Positions 1 to 11,966 of a stretch of 64,000 nucleotides of DNA are shown piece after piece (the first letter of the stretch is position 1; each line of letters starts with the position of its first letter). A model generated the notes under the pieces. That model had not been told where the DNA came from and ran no database searches. It saw only the letters and a program-made list of their open reading frames with translations. Position numbers and translations under genes: made by a program. Origin of the DNA: Thermodesulfobacteriota bacterium (GTDB lineage: Bacteria > Desulfobacterota > Desulfarculia > JACQYL01); contig CAXXLZ010000002.1 in assembly GCA_963675595.2 (NCBI GenBank), positions 1,728,001 through 1,792,000 on the forward strand, given 5' to 3'.

Positions 1-312
1 TTGCCCTGTAAAGAATGGGGCGGTTTCGAATTCCCGATGGACGAGATGTGAAATGATAACGAGGGCCTTTGTATCGGCTGAGAGGAAACAACAAGGTCGG
101 CGGGACAATCGGTCGCACCGGAGATTCCGCCTTTCGGTGCATTGACAGGGTCCAAAACGGAACCCACATTATGAGTAAGGTTTCGGATTCCCCGGCTTCT
201 CATATGTGTGAAACCGAAACGTCCCTTCTATCGCCGGCTTGGCTCTAACCATCAAAAAGAAACACTTCGTTGGGCAAGTGCATGTGTTTGTGGGAAGGTA
301 TTAGGGAAGGTA

Positions 313-636
313 ATGATTGAGTACATTTTCAACGAATGGGGATTTATCGCTTATCCCGTGGTTATGCTCTTCGCTCTGGTTGGAATGATTTACCTTGATC
401 GAAGGACGGCAAAACAACGAGTTCTGACGGACGAAGACTATATAGCCATCATGGCGAGACAGTCCGAATCCAGTGAATACAATATATTCCACATGGCCGC
501 CAAGGATTGGAACGTTTCAAAGGAAAAGGTGGAACAGGACTTCAGGGACTATTTGCTGCGTAGCCAACTGCCCTACTACATGCGAGACTTCGTTAGAAGG
601 AAAAAAGAGGACGTCAGGAACCGCAGGTTCGCTTGA
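313..636 (+). CDS. Hypothetical membrane-anchored protein (107 aa)
   Basis: ATG at 313 preceded by GGGAAGG; N-terminal hydrophobic segment WGFIAYPVVMLFALVGMIYL followed by a charged domain; same frame as ORF 208..636. Confidence 0.6.
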   Translation: MIEYIFNEWGFIAYPVVMLFALVGMIYLDRRTAKQRVLTDEDYIAIMARQSESSEYNIFHMAAKDWNVSKEKVEQDFRDYLLRSQLPYYMRDFVRRKKEDVRNRRFA

Positions 637-1175
637 TCTCCATCAAGTCTCCAAAGTAACCCTCTCCGTCTTGTGGGAAGGCTTCGGTAGGGTACGGAGG
701 GAGGAATTCGGTTCGTTCTCTTCGACCACGGCATGAGGTCGGGTATATCGCCTACCCGCTCACCTCGACGGATTGTTTTTCCCTGCATGCGGGCCCGGGA
801 GATCGTAAGAATTGCGGTTCACCGTACCGGACGCGTGCCGGGGTTGTGCCCGCTCGCGTATTTCCGCGCACGATTCGGCAGACTCGAAGACACGCGCAAA
901 GAAATTGTGAGCATTCAGAGGGGTATTCGCAAGAGCGAAACGGGGGTCCGTTCTTTCCGGGACGAAGCCGAACTTGGGAACATCTGTGCCGATTCAGCAG
1001 ATGTAAGAAGCGCCAGGAATGAGAGAGGAAACCGGATTTCTTCCTCAGATTCTCCGCCGGAGGCGGTGAGGCCCGTCCAACGTGCTTTGGGAGCAACTGT
1101 GGTCTTTGTCAACTGAGTTGTTTGTCAATGATTCCTATCAAGCTGTGACACGACGCTTGCTAAGCGCGGAGCCCG

Positions 1176-1203
1176 GGGGAGGACTTTCCCGAAAGTCCTC
1201 CCC
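1176..1203. terminator. Perfect GC-rich hairpin downstream of cheX (possible terminator or REP-like element)
   Basis: GGGGAGGACTTTC-cc-GAAAGTCCTCCCC; no clear U-tract on either strand. Confidence 0.4.
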
Positions 1204-1281
1204 AGTGAGTGAATACAAGAAATTTCCCCTAAATGGACGGCGAAGGCGCTTCGGTGATCCCCACGCTCGTATCCCGTAAGA

Positions 1282-1752
1282 TCAGGCTTCGGTCCTGAAG
1301 CTCACTTCCACGGTGAAATCACCAAATTCCGTGCTGAAGGGGATCGCCACACAAGGCGCGGAACGATCCAGATGCTGAACCACGTGATTTTTCCCGGAAA
1401 TCACCGTCGGCAGGGGCGAAGTCACCTTGTATCCCATGCTTTCGAGCTTTCGTCTCGCGTCCCCGCTGGCCATGTTCGTGATTTCCCCCACGGCGTCACG
1501 AGCGTTGTCGTCGATGGTGTCGACCTCTTCCCCAAGCATCCTCGAAATGACCTGAGAGATACAGCTCTCGGAAAAGGTTACGGAAAGCGTGCCCGTCATC
1601 GCTCCACTCAACCCGATAATACCCGTGACGTCGCCCCGCGCCGTCCTTTCTTTCTTGATATAGGGTTTTCCGGCTTTGGCCTCCACAAAAGCCATGGTCT
1701 TCAGTACGTTGAGCATTGCCTCCAGAAACGGGTTGATAAGCTTGACTTCCAT
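1282..1752 (-). CDS. cheX: Chemotaxis phosphatase CheX
   Basis: INPF N-terminus, GDVTGIIGLSG, DAVGEITNMASG (E-x2-N phosphatase motif), PTVISG; 156 aa. Confidence 0.92.
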   Translation of the reverse strand: MEVKLINPFLEAMLNVLKTMAFVEAKAGKPYIKKERTARGDVTGIIGLSGAMTGTLSVTFSESCISQVISRMLGEEVDTIDDNARDAVGEITNMASGDARRKLESMGYKVTSPLPTVISGKNHVVQHLDRSAPCVAIPFSTEFGDFTVEVSFRTEA

Positions 1753-2123
1753 GTTCGAGAGTCTCCTTAGGACCTCTGAGTTTTCAGGAAAAACCGCCGG
1801 TCCGGCTCCGGAATCCTATGAAGACCGTCCGAACGTGCAAATATCGTAACTTCTTTATAACCTTTTTTGCATCGCGGATGACACAAAAAATATAGAGATA
1901 CGCAAGATCGTTTCCGGTTCCACAAACGACCGGCAGTTTCGTCGGTACGGTCGTGATGTGAATGTCACGGGGCTGCGACCACGGAGGCGGCGGTTAAACG
2001 ATCCGCTTGGATAAGCGTTCTTAATGTTGGAGTGATGCGCTCGGGTGGAAAGCTGTGATTGCAGGGAAGCGGACACTCTTCCGTTCCCTTCCGCCCGTAA
2101 ACCAAAAGGAGGAAAAGGCCGTT

Positions 2124-3047
2124 ATGGGAAACACGTTCAGAACCGCTCTGCTGCTTGGCGCGCTGACCATTTTCCTCGTCTGGATCGGTGGACTGCTCGG
2201 AGGACGACAAGGAATGGTGTTCGCCTTTGTCCTGGCCATGGGAATGAACTTTTTCAGTTACTGGTTTTCGGACAAGATCGTATTGAAGATGTATCGAGCC
2301 CAAGAGGTTACCCCCTCCCAGGCGCCGGACTTGTACGGCATCGTAGGGGAGCTCGCCTCCAGGGCCGGCATGCCCATGCCCAAAGTGTATATCATCCCCG
2401 GAGATTCACCCAATGCTTTCGCCACGGGTAGAAATCCGGAACACGCCGTGGTGGCGGTCACTCAAGGACTGATGAAACTCATGGACCGGGAGGAGTTGAA
2501 AGGAGTCCTGGCTCATGAAATGGCCCATGTGAAGAACCGGGATATCCTCATCGGCACCATTGCAGCCACGCTGGCGGGAACCGTCATGCTGCTGGCCAGC
2601 ATGGCCCGTTGGGCCGCCATCTTCGGCGGCGGAAGGGACAATGAGGAAGGAGGAATGGGCGGGGTGGGACTGATCGTCATGTCCATCCTGGCACCCATCG
2701 GAGCCATGTTGATTCAAATGGGCATTTCCCGAACACGGGAATACGAAGCCGACGCCAGGGGCGCCCAACTGGCCGGACGTCCGGACGGTCTGGCCGCCGC
2801 CTTGCGAAAACTGGGACAATATTCCAAAAAGATCCCCATGCAGGCAAGTCCGTCCACCGCTCATATGTTCATCGTCAATCCCTTGAGCGGTCGCGGCATG
2901 ATGTCCCTGTTCTCGACCCATCCGCCCCTGGAAAGCCGAATTGCGCGCCTGATGGGCCGCAAGGACCCATCCGAAGATCAAGAGCCGCGGGGCCGATCTC
3001 CGAGGGGCAACTCCGGAGAAGACTTCTGGAAGAATCTTTCTTCTTGA
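2124..3047 (+). CDS. htpX: Zinc metalloprotease HtpX (M48)
   Basis: [15 protein letters not shown] zinc motif, [15 protein letters not shown]; RBS AGGAGG at 2107-2112 before ATG 2124. Confidence 0.95.
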   Translation: MGNTFRTALLLGALTIFLVWIGGLLGGRQGMVFAFVLAMGMNFFSYWFSDKIVLKMYRAQEVTPSQAPDLYGIVGELASRAGMPMPKVYIIPGDSPNAFATGRNPEHAVVAVTQGLMKLMDREELKGVLAHEMAHVKNRDILIGTIAATLAGTVMLLASMARWAAIFGGGRDNEEGGMGGVGLIVMSILAPIGAMLIQMGISRTREYEADARGAQLAGRPDGLAAALRKLGQYSKKIPMQASPSTAHMFIVNPLSGRGMMSLFSTHPPLESRIARLMGRKDPSEDQEPRGRSPRGNSGEDFWKNLSS

Positions 3048-3143
3048 TCCCGAGCCTCGGAGCCGGCCGGGAGCGGATGCGCGTAAACCGCTTCGGATGA
3101 CGACACAAGGGAGTCGATGCAACAACATCGGCTCCCTCGCGTT

Positions 3144-4319
3144 TTAGGCCCCTTCGCTCGTTCGCTCCTTCATAAATTCGAGAATCGCAGACCGAGCCAC
3201 GAGTGGGGCATTGCCCCCGGCCCGGTTGTTGGCGATAAGATGCGCGTTCACGCCTTCCGCAACCGCACGTCTCAGGATCATCGCCGAGTCCCGAAGCATG
3301 GCGGGTTGGAGCATGCCCTCCACGAGTCCATCGAAAGGATGGGCCTTTGCGTAGGCCGCCTCATATCGCATCCCTCGCGGGGTCATCAGTCTGATAATCG
3401 CATCGCCGGCCGCATTGAAGAACCGGCCTTCGGATGCCCGAAACTGGTCTCTCAAGGAAGGAAGCCAAGTCCAGTGTGACAACACCTGCCCGATCCCGCG
3501 CTTTCGAAACAACTGGAAGACGGGTTCCGACAAATAAGCGTCGGTCCGCAATTCCACATGGTAAAAGGGTTCCTCTGGTACACTCGCGAAAAAGGAGTCC
3601 AACTCTTCGGCAACCTTTTCCGGGGAATCACGGTCTTTTTTTCTCCGATATTCCTGTTCAAAGATGATGCCCCGCAAATGATCCCCCAGCAAGGCTTTCA
3701 AGGGGTTCAGAAACCGACCGACAAAGGCTTCTCCGTTCAGGTATAATTCATTTTCAAGGAAGACCCCTTTGCGAAACAGTCTTCGGGCGAACAGGACCTG
3801 CGGGGCCTTGACAATGATCAGGTCCCCCGGGCCCAGATATTTCCGATATTCGGAAAGCACCCGAAAGGCGCGGGTGGGGGAGCCTTTGTCGTCGAGCAGG
3901 AATTGGTAGAACGTATAATCCACTTCCAGCACCCTGAAATGCTTGAAGTATTCTTCCACGCATTCCACGGGCAGCGTCCGCTCCTCGAAAGACTTGCCAC
4001 CGATCTTCCGAGTTCTAGATTTGATCCGGCCTGCGTACCGGTCCCGCGAGTAGATTTGTCCAATCCACCCCGCGTACCGATCACTGGCTGTTCCCACAAA
4101 AACATGGGGATCCAGGCCGTGGAAAAGAAACCGTTCCAAGTCGCTCTTGTTCAAAGGGCATCTCCCGTGCACGGCGGTCGAAACGTGCGAGTGCCGAACG
4201 AAATCCTTTTCCTCGGACACACCGTACCGTGCACCCGCATGGTTTCCCGGGGAACGAGGATACGAAGCCGGTTCATTCCGCCCGGACCACAGGCAGTCGA
4301 CGACAGATTGGAGGTTCAA
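3144..4319 (-). CDS. DUF72 family protein (true start probably downstream of the ORF start)
   Basis: FVGTAS..Y.GW.G.IY, EY..HF..LEVDYTFY, VKAP, YHVELR, IANNRAGGNAP motifs typical of DUF72. Confidence 0.8.
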   Translation of the reverse strand: MNLQSVVDCLWSGRNEPASYPRSPGNHAGARYGVSEEKDFVRHSHVSTAVHGRCPLNKSDLERFLFHGLDPHVFVGTASDRYAGWIGQIYSRDRYAGRIKSRTRKIGGKSFEERTLPVECVEEYFKHFRVLEVDYTFYQFLLDDKGSPTRAFRVLSEYRKYLGPGDLIIVKAPQVLFARRLFRKGVFLENELYLNGEAFVGRFLNPLKALLGDHLRGIIFEQEYRRKKDRDSPEKVAEELDSFFASVPEEPFYHVELRTDAYLSEPVFQLFRKRGIGQVLSHWTWLPSLRDQFRASEGRFFNAAGDAIIRLMTPRGMRYEAAYAKAHPFDGLVEGMLQPAMLRDSAMILRRAVAEGVNAHLIANNRAGGNAPLVARSAILEFMKERTSEGA

Positions 4320-5077
4320 TCCTGAAAATTCCCGGACAACAAACCAAAAGCGTTACGCCGCCCGTAGAGGTTCCCCTGCTGCCCACGCCCCCCGGCTGGG
4401 TGGAAGCAGAGCTGGTGAGTCGGAAAAATCGATTTCACGTGACGGCGCGACGCGGAGCCGAAATCCTCGATGCCCATTCCAACAATTCAGGCAGTATGCT
4501 GGGGCTGATCCGCAAAGGATCTCCGGTGATCCTGTCGCCGGCCGCGAATCCGGCCCGCAAGTTGCCCTACACCCTGGAGATGATCCGAATCCACGGGTTC
4601 TGGGTCGGGGTGAATACGAGTACCCCCAATCGCCTGCTTCGGAAGGCCTGGGAAACGGGACGGCTCAAGGAGGCGATGGGATATGATCGATTCACTCCGG
4701 AAGCCGTCGTGGGAAAGAGCCGACTCGACGCTCTTCTCGAAGGGCCGCGAGGCCGTCTTTGGATTGAGGCGAAAAACGTGACACTGGTCGAGGAAGAAAT
4801 CGCCTATTTCCCCGATGCGGTGACGGCAAGGGGCCTGAAGCACTTGAGAGAACTTATGGACTTGGCCGGAAAAGGCGATCGGGTGGCCTGTTTCTATCTG
4901 ATCCAAAGACCGGACTGCGCCTGCTTCGGACCCGCGGATTTCATCGATCCCGACTTCGCGAACCAGTTTCGGGAAGCCCTTAAGGCAGGCGTGGAAGCAT
5001 GGCCCTACCAGGCTCCTGTGTCGCCCGAAGGCGTCGACCTCGGCCCCCGTCTTCCATTGGCGCCTCAGCCGGCTTGA
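4229..5077 (+). CDS. sfsA: DNA/RNA nuclease SfsA (start uncertain, probably about 4320-4370)
   Basis: RKNRF, AHSNNSGSMLGL, RKLPYTLE, SRLD, IEAKNVTL, FPDAVTARGLKHLREL, PADFIDPDF. Confidence 0.92.
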   Translation: MHPHGFPGNEDTKPVHSARTTGSRRQIGGSILKIPGQQTKSVTPPVEVPLLPTPPGWVEAELVSRKNRFHVTARRGAEILDAHSNNSGSMLGLIRKGSPVILSPAANPARKLPYTLEMIRIHGFWVGVNTSTPNRLLRKAWETGRLKEAMGYDRFTPEAVVGKSRLDALLEGPRGRLWIEAKNVTLVEEEIAYFPDAVTARGLKHLRELMDLAGKGDRVACFYLIQRPDCACFGPADFIDPDFANQFREALKAGVEAWPYQAPVSPEGVDLGPRLPLAPQPA

Positions 5078-5166
5078 GGTAGATGGGCACATCGGTTAGC
5101 CGCAACTCCTTCAGCGGTCGAATCGTCTCTCCGAATCATGAATCCAATCGGCGTTCGGACAGCCGC

Positions 5167-5340
5167 TCAGTCTTCCCGCGCTTCCTCCGTTTCCGCGGAG
5201 CAAGGGGCGTTCTTGGGCACCAGCCTTCCGAGCCTGCTGCAATACAGGGCCAAAAAAGTTCTGCAGGAACCGGAACCGTCCACGCCCTCTTCTTTGGGGA
5301 AGTCGGCCTCGGGACAACTGAGATCGCAGAATTTCAACAT
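5167..5340 (-). CDS. Small Cys-rich hypothetical protein (57 aa), absent from the ORF track
   Basis: Translated by hand: MLKFCDLSCPEADFPKEEGVDGSGSCRTFLALYCSRLGRLVPKNAPCSAETEEARED*; GGAGG RBS 4 nt before ATG; 5 Cys. Confidence 0.65.
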   Translation of the reverse strand: MLKFCDLSCPEADFPKEEGVDGSGSCRTFLALYCSRLGRLVPKNAPCSAETEEARED

Positions 5341-5596
5341 GACGCCTCCGACGGGAAGTCGTAGAAAAAAATCAACAATGCCGATCCTATCAGGGGCGTG
5401 GGGTCAAAGCCAATGTTTTCCCCATTCCTTGAAGTCGGGTGGCGCCGTTCCCGAAGGATGAGACGTCGCGCCGGGAGTGCTTCAAAGCGCCATGAGGAGG
5501 CGCAACACAGCGGATCGCATTTCAAACGAAGTGATAAGGGTTGCCAAAGCATTCGCTTCGGATTATGGGTGGCACCGGGGACGGGTGGTCCCTTGA

Positions 5597-5746
5597 CAGG
5601 CCGTTGAAAAACGCGATCTGCGGCGTTGCGCTTCATCCCTCGTCACTGCGACGTACTCTATGTGCCTCTCATTCCTCGGGATTTGCGCGCCTTGCATGTC
5701 ATCGTTTTTCATCAACCTGTGGCAACCGGCTCTTTTCAACGGGCTG
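5597..5746. mobile_element. MITE-like element copy 1 (150 bp, TIRs, 4-bp target duplication)
   Basis: TIRs CAGGCCGTTGAAAA / TTTTCAACGGGCTG (1 mismatch), flanked on both sides by TTGA (5593-5596, 5747-5750); homologous to 49987-50134 and 11967-12197. Confidence 0.8.
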
Positions 5747-5778
5747 TTGAGAATACAAAGACCTTCAGGAGCAGGCTC

Positions 5779-6708
5779 ATGCATATTTTCGTTTCAGGTT
5801 CTCTGGCGTTCGATCGCATCATGGATTTTCCCGGAAAATTCGCCGACCATATTCTCCCGGAGAAGATTCATGTCCTCAATGTATCCTTCCAGGTGAACGG
5901 CTTGAGAGAACTGCTGGGAGGAACCGCGGGCAACATCGCCTATAATCTTGCGCTCCTCGGGGAAAAACCCGTAATTCTGTCGTCCGCCGGCATGGACTTC
6001 CAGAGGTATGAAGATTGGCTCGTCCGCCATGGGCTCCCTCTCCAGGGAATTCACCGCGTGGAGGAAGAATGGACCGCCGCCGCCTACATCACCACGGATT
6101 TGGCCGACAACCAGATTACGGGCTTCAATCCCGGCGCAATGAAATACCCTTCAAAATTCCGTTTCGACGGAATCAACCCCGAACGGAGCCTCGCCATTGT
6201 GGCGCCCGGGAACGTGGAGGACATGATTTCCTATGCGCGGACCTACCGGGAACTCAAGATTTCCTACTTGTTCGATCCGGGACAGCAGATACCCGTATTG
6301 CCCCGGGCCGACCTTGAAGAAGCGATCACGGGAGCCGAGTTGCTGATTTCCAACGACTACGAACTCGAAATGATCATGAGCGCCTTGGAGATGGATATGG
6401 ACGGCCTCCTGGAGAAGACCGGAACCGTCATCACCACCTTCGGCGACAAGGGCTCCCGGGTGGTCACGAAGCAAGGGCAAGTGCATATCGGAATCTCCAA
6501 ACCGACCGGAGTGGTTGATCCCACGGGAGCCGGCGACGCTTTCCGGGCCGGACTGATCAAAGGCTTGGTGGAAGGCAAAACCCCTTCGGAGGCCTGCGAA
6601 ATGGGTGCCGTCTGCGCCGGCTTCGCAGTGGAACACTACGGTACCCAGGAACACGCGTTCACCCGGGAGGAATTCCGGCGTCGGTACGAGGAGAGCTTTG
6701 CAGGGTAG
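5779..6708 (+). CDS. PfkB-family carbohydrate/nucleoside kinase (adenosine kinase-like)
   Basis: VSGSLAFD, GGTAGNIAY, FDPGQQ, NDYE, VDPTGAGDAFRAG PfkB signature; RBS AGGAG. Confidence 0.9.
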   Translation: MHIFVSGSLAFDRIMDFPGKFADHILPEKIHVLNVSFQVNGLRELLGGTAGNIAYNLALLGEKPVILSSAGMDFQRYEDWLVRHGLPLQGIHRVEEEWTAAAYITTDLADNQITGFNPGAMKYPSKFRFDGINPERSLAIVAPGNVEDMISYARTYRELKISYLFDPGQQIPVLPRADLEEAITGAELLISNDYELEMIMSALEMDMDGLLEKTGTVITTFGDKGSRVVTKQGQVHIGISKPTGVVDPTGAGDAFRAGLIKGLVEGKTPSEACEMGAVCAGFAVEHYGTQEHAFTREEFRRRYEESFAG

Positions 6709-6888
6709 ACCCGCGAAAAGCGCCTCGCCGGTCGCCGAACGTTTTGAAAAAGAGGCGTGGAACTGAAGAAACTTGTGCGCGAAGGGCCTCACCTTCACGG
6801 GCTTCCCCGCCGGTGTCACGGCTCATGGATCCGTTCTTGACTCTCAAACGCTAAGTGGGTAATGAAAGGCGTCTCGTATCCCCAGGAT

Positions 6889-6945
6889 CAGTCTGAAGGC
6901 GAACCTCAGCCGGACTCTCGCCCCGGTGCAGTCTGAAGGCGAACC
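6889..6945 (+). repeat. 17-bp direct repeat, 2 exact copies, 40-bp period, upstream of tkt
   Basis: CAGTCTGAAGGCGAACC at 6889-6905 and 6929-6945; degenerate third CGAACCGAC at about 6981. Confidence 0.75.
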
Positions 6946-7005
6946 GACAACAGATCCTATGATCCCGACCCTAGCGGGCACGAACCGACCAAATCACTCG
7001 GGAGA

Positions 7006-9033
<2,028 letters not shown>

Positions 9034-9108
9034 TTGACCCGAACAAAGGCCCAAGATGAGGACGGCGTCACGGCCTTGAATCGCCGTGCACGCCGTTTCA
9101 AACGAAGC

Positions 9109-9522
9109 CTAAACCAACGCCTTGACCAGGACAAGAGTCCCGTCTTCCTCCCGGTCCCGGGCAACGTAACCTCGTTTCAGCCAGAATCGCAGGGCGGCGG
9201 AATCCTCCGGTCCCACTCTTACCCTGCATCGGCTTGCTTTCAGACGTTTCCCAACGAATTTCTCCAGTAGGCTCGCTCCTTCCGTTCCGAACCCTCGTCC
9301 TCGTAACTCTTTCCCCAGTACGATACCGATTTCCATTTCATCCCACCGGCCCGGCTCCGCCCCAATTTCCGCCGTCCCCAGCAAAGCGCCTGAAACGCTC
9401 TGCAAGCTGAAAACAAGGTGCAGCTTGCCGTGCAGACAGGGGGCCGACGCCAAACGCCAGGCATTCCTCCACTCCGGTTTCAGTTTGACCCGGCAGGGTT
9501 CCATGGGTCTCGTCGTCCACAT
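9109..9522 (-). CDS. GNAT-family N-acetyltransferase (RimJ/RimL-like)
   Basis: EIGIVLGKELRGRGFGTE acetyl-CoA motif, D.AALRFW.K.GY. Confidence 0.65.
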   Translation of the reverse strand: MWTTRPMEPCRVKLKPEWRNAWRLASAPCLHGKLHLVFSLQSVSGALLGTAEIGAEPGRWDEMEIGIVLGKELRGRGFGTEGASLLEKFVGKRLKASRCRVRVGPEDSAALRFWLKRGYVARDREEDGTLVLVKALV

Positions 9523-9912
9523 CGAGAGTCTCCGTCCTCCTCTCCCTGAAAAATTCCTACGATCATTTCCTCTCTACACGGTCGTCCATCGCATCCTCCC
9601 CGGACGGGTGCGACCGTCCATACCCGTTCGGAATTTTATCTAAATGTTCCGACCCCTTATCCACCTTCGGTCAACTTGACAAGCACGAAGAAAACGAAGT
9701 ACTTGTGAGTTGATTGCTCGACGAAAATCGGCCGTGCGGAGGTTTGCGTCCCCTCATTCGGATGGATGCCGTGCCTTCGACGTGTAGGGGTTCCGTCACC
9801 GAATTCCGATCGGGCGTTCGACAACGGCCCCCAGGCTCGCTGAAATCCGTCGACAGGGGCCGGAGCACCCCGGAAACGCCAGTTGATCATAACATAAGAG
9901 TGGAATCGCCCG

Positions 9913-10884
9913 GTGACACAAACGCGCATCCTCATCGTGGAAGACGAGCGGATCGTTGCGAGGGATCTCCAATATCGCCTCGAGAAGATGGGGTACCTGG
10001 TTTCCGGCATCGCCTCCTCCGGTGAAGATGCGATTCAGGCCGCGTCCGACTGCGTTCCCGACCTTATTCTCATGGACATCGTGCTCGACGGACAGATGGA
10101 CGGCGTCGAGGCCGCTCGACAAATCCGTCTGACTCGAAATATCCCGATCCTCTTCGTAACCTCCTTTTCCGACGACCAATTCGTGGAACGAGCCAAGACC
10201 ACCGAGGCTTCGGGCTACATTTTGAAACCCGTGGATGAACGTGAACTTTCCATTGCCATAGATATGGCTCTATACAAAGCCCACGCCGAGTCTCGGCTGC
10301 GGGAAGAAGAGCTGCGTTTCCGCATCGTGGCCGACTTTGCTTATGAGTGGGAAATGTGGGTTGGTCCGGAAGGTGAGTGGCTCTACAATTCTCCCTCCTG
10401 TGAACGCATCACCGGGTATACCCGTGAGGAGTTCCTCCGTGACCCGTCGTTGATGACCAGGATAGTACATCCGGAAGATCTGAAGGACTTCACCCAATTC
10501 CTGGAATTCTCCATGCATTCCCGGGACGTGGAACAGATCGATTTTCGGATCATCAACCGCTGGGGCGAAGAACGCTGGATCGGCCGCCACTGTCGCCCCG
10601 TGGTGACTTCCGACGGTGAATGGCTCGGTCGAAGGGTCAGCCACGTGGACGTAACAGAGCGAAAGCGGCTTGTCGAGGAACTCCAACAGGCCTTGGCCAA
10701 CGTCAAAGTGCTCAAGGGCCTTCTTCCCATTTGCTCCATTTGCAAGAAGATACGTGACGACTCGGGCTACTGGAACCAACTCGAGAGCTACCTGAAAGAA
10801 CACGCCGACGCCCGTTTCAGCCACAGCATCTGCCCGGACTGTATGAAGGCACACTATCGCGAATTCATGGACCCTGAAGAATGA
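9913..10884 (+). CDS. Response regulator with REC, PAS/PAC and C-terminal Cys/His-rich domain
   Basis: ILIVEDE, LILMDI, GYILKP; PAS (YNSPSCERITGYTREE, VHPED); C-terminal LLPICSICKKIRD...SHSICPDC. Confidence 0.9.
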   Translation: MTQTRILIVEDERIVARDLQYRLEKMGYLVSGIASSGEDAIQAASDCVPDLILMDIVLDGQMDGVEAARQIRLTRNIPILFVTSFSDDQFVERAKTTEASGYILKPVDERELSIAIDMALYKAHAESRLREEELRFRIVADFAYEWEMWVGPEGEWLYNSPSCERITGYTREEFLRDPSLMTRIVHPEDLKDFTQFLEFSMHSRDVEQIDFRIINRWGEERWIGRHCRPVVTSDGEWLGRRVSHVDVTERKRLVEELQQALANVKVLKGLLPICSICKKIRDDSGYWNQLESYLKEHADARFSHSICPDCMKAHYREFMDPEE

Positions 10885-11924
10885 ACAAAACACCGGCCTC
10901 GACGGCTTCATCGGATGGAACGCAACCCGAATTCCAGGCATCTCCGCCCAAAGACGGCCCCTCCTTTCCTTCCCAGGAATCGCTGCGCCGACTGGTTCGG
11001 GAATTTCTTCCTCACCATCGTCTTCCACAACAGTTCCGAATGGTTACGGATACTTCCGAGTTTATCCGAATCGAATATGACGATGTGGTGCTCCTGAACG
11101 GCCGGCCCTACCTGATTCTGCACAACGCCAAGGAGTTGCGATTCGGCCTCGAGGATGAGGTGAAATACTGGGTCAAACGGGCCATCGACCTGCAAGACGG
11201 TTCGCCGAGAATTTTGAAGCTCGTTTTCTACGAAACCTATACGGCTCATGTGGGCGCCATCGCGTTTGAATGCTTTCGGAGCCCTCGAAAAGAGGCGCGC
11301 ATACTGGAACTCGTGGCGACGCATCCCAACTTCATGCACGGCACTACGGTTGAGGACCCGAAAGGAAACCTCATCCGGATTTTGGAAGTCGTCCAAGGCC
11401 CCCCGCTATCCAACTATGTCACTGCACTGCAAGGAAACCACGAATCCTATTTTCACGATGTCTTCCCGGACATATTGGACAACTTCATCGAATGTGTCGA
11501 AGCGATTCGTTTTCTCCACGAAAACGGAGAGAAACACGGCGACATCCGGAGGGATCATATCCTCGTGGATAAGACCGATCACACGTATCGATGGATCGAC
11601 TTCGACTTTAACTACCGACACCGGGAGAACATCTATGGATATGATCTTTTCGGCTTGGGCAACGTCCTGGCCTTTCTCGTAGGCAAGGGTGACGTTCTTG
11701 TGAGAGACCTTCGACGCCGGGAAGATCCCGCCTCGGAATCCATCACGGAAGATGACCTCAACATCGTTTTTGAGAGTCGCGTAGTGAACTTGAAAAAGAT
11801 TTTTCCTTACATACCGGAAGAGCTCAACCGGATCCTGCTGCATTTCACCAGGGGGGCTCGGTGGTATTACGAGCATACGAACCAACTCCTGGAGGACCTC
11901 CGCTCCGCAAGGCTCCTCATCTGA
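10881..11924 (+). CDS. Protein kinase-like (Ser/Thr kinase fold) protein with atypical motifs
   Basis: ILKLVF (catalytic Lys), EARIL, HPNF, FLHENGEKHGDIRRDHIL, WIDFD, YDLFGLG; ATGA overlap with the upstream gene. Confidence 0.75.
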   Translation: MNKTPASTASSDGTQPEFQASPPKDGPSFPSQESLRRLVREFLPHHRLPQQFRMVTDTSEFIRIEYDDVVLLNGRPYLILHNAKELRFGLEDEVKYWVKRAIDLQDGSPRILKLVFYETYTAHVGAIAFECFRSPRKEARILELVATHPNFMHGTTVEDPKGNLIRILEVVQGPPLSNYVTALQGNHESYFHDVFPDILDNFIECVEAIRFLHENGEKHGDIRRDHILVDKTDHTYRWIDFDFNYRHRENIYGYDLFGLGNVLAFLVGKGDVLVRDLRRREDPASESITEDDLNIVFESRVVNLKKIFPYIPEELNRILLHFTRGARWYYEHTNQLLEDLRSARLLI

Positions 11925-11966
11925 CGGACGGGATGGGTGGTGCAACGCGCGATTCGGCCGTAACCG

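Noticed and set aside
3450-3470. SRP RNA-like GGAAGGAAGC motif
   Set aside because: Inside the DUF72 coding region and lacks the SRP helix context
6889-6945. Mini-CRISPR array
   Set aside because: Repeat is only 17 bp with two copies and a 23-bp spacer, is not palindromic, and there are no cas genes in the window
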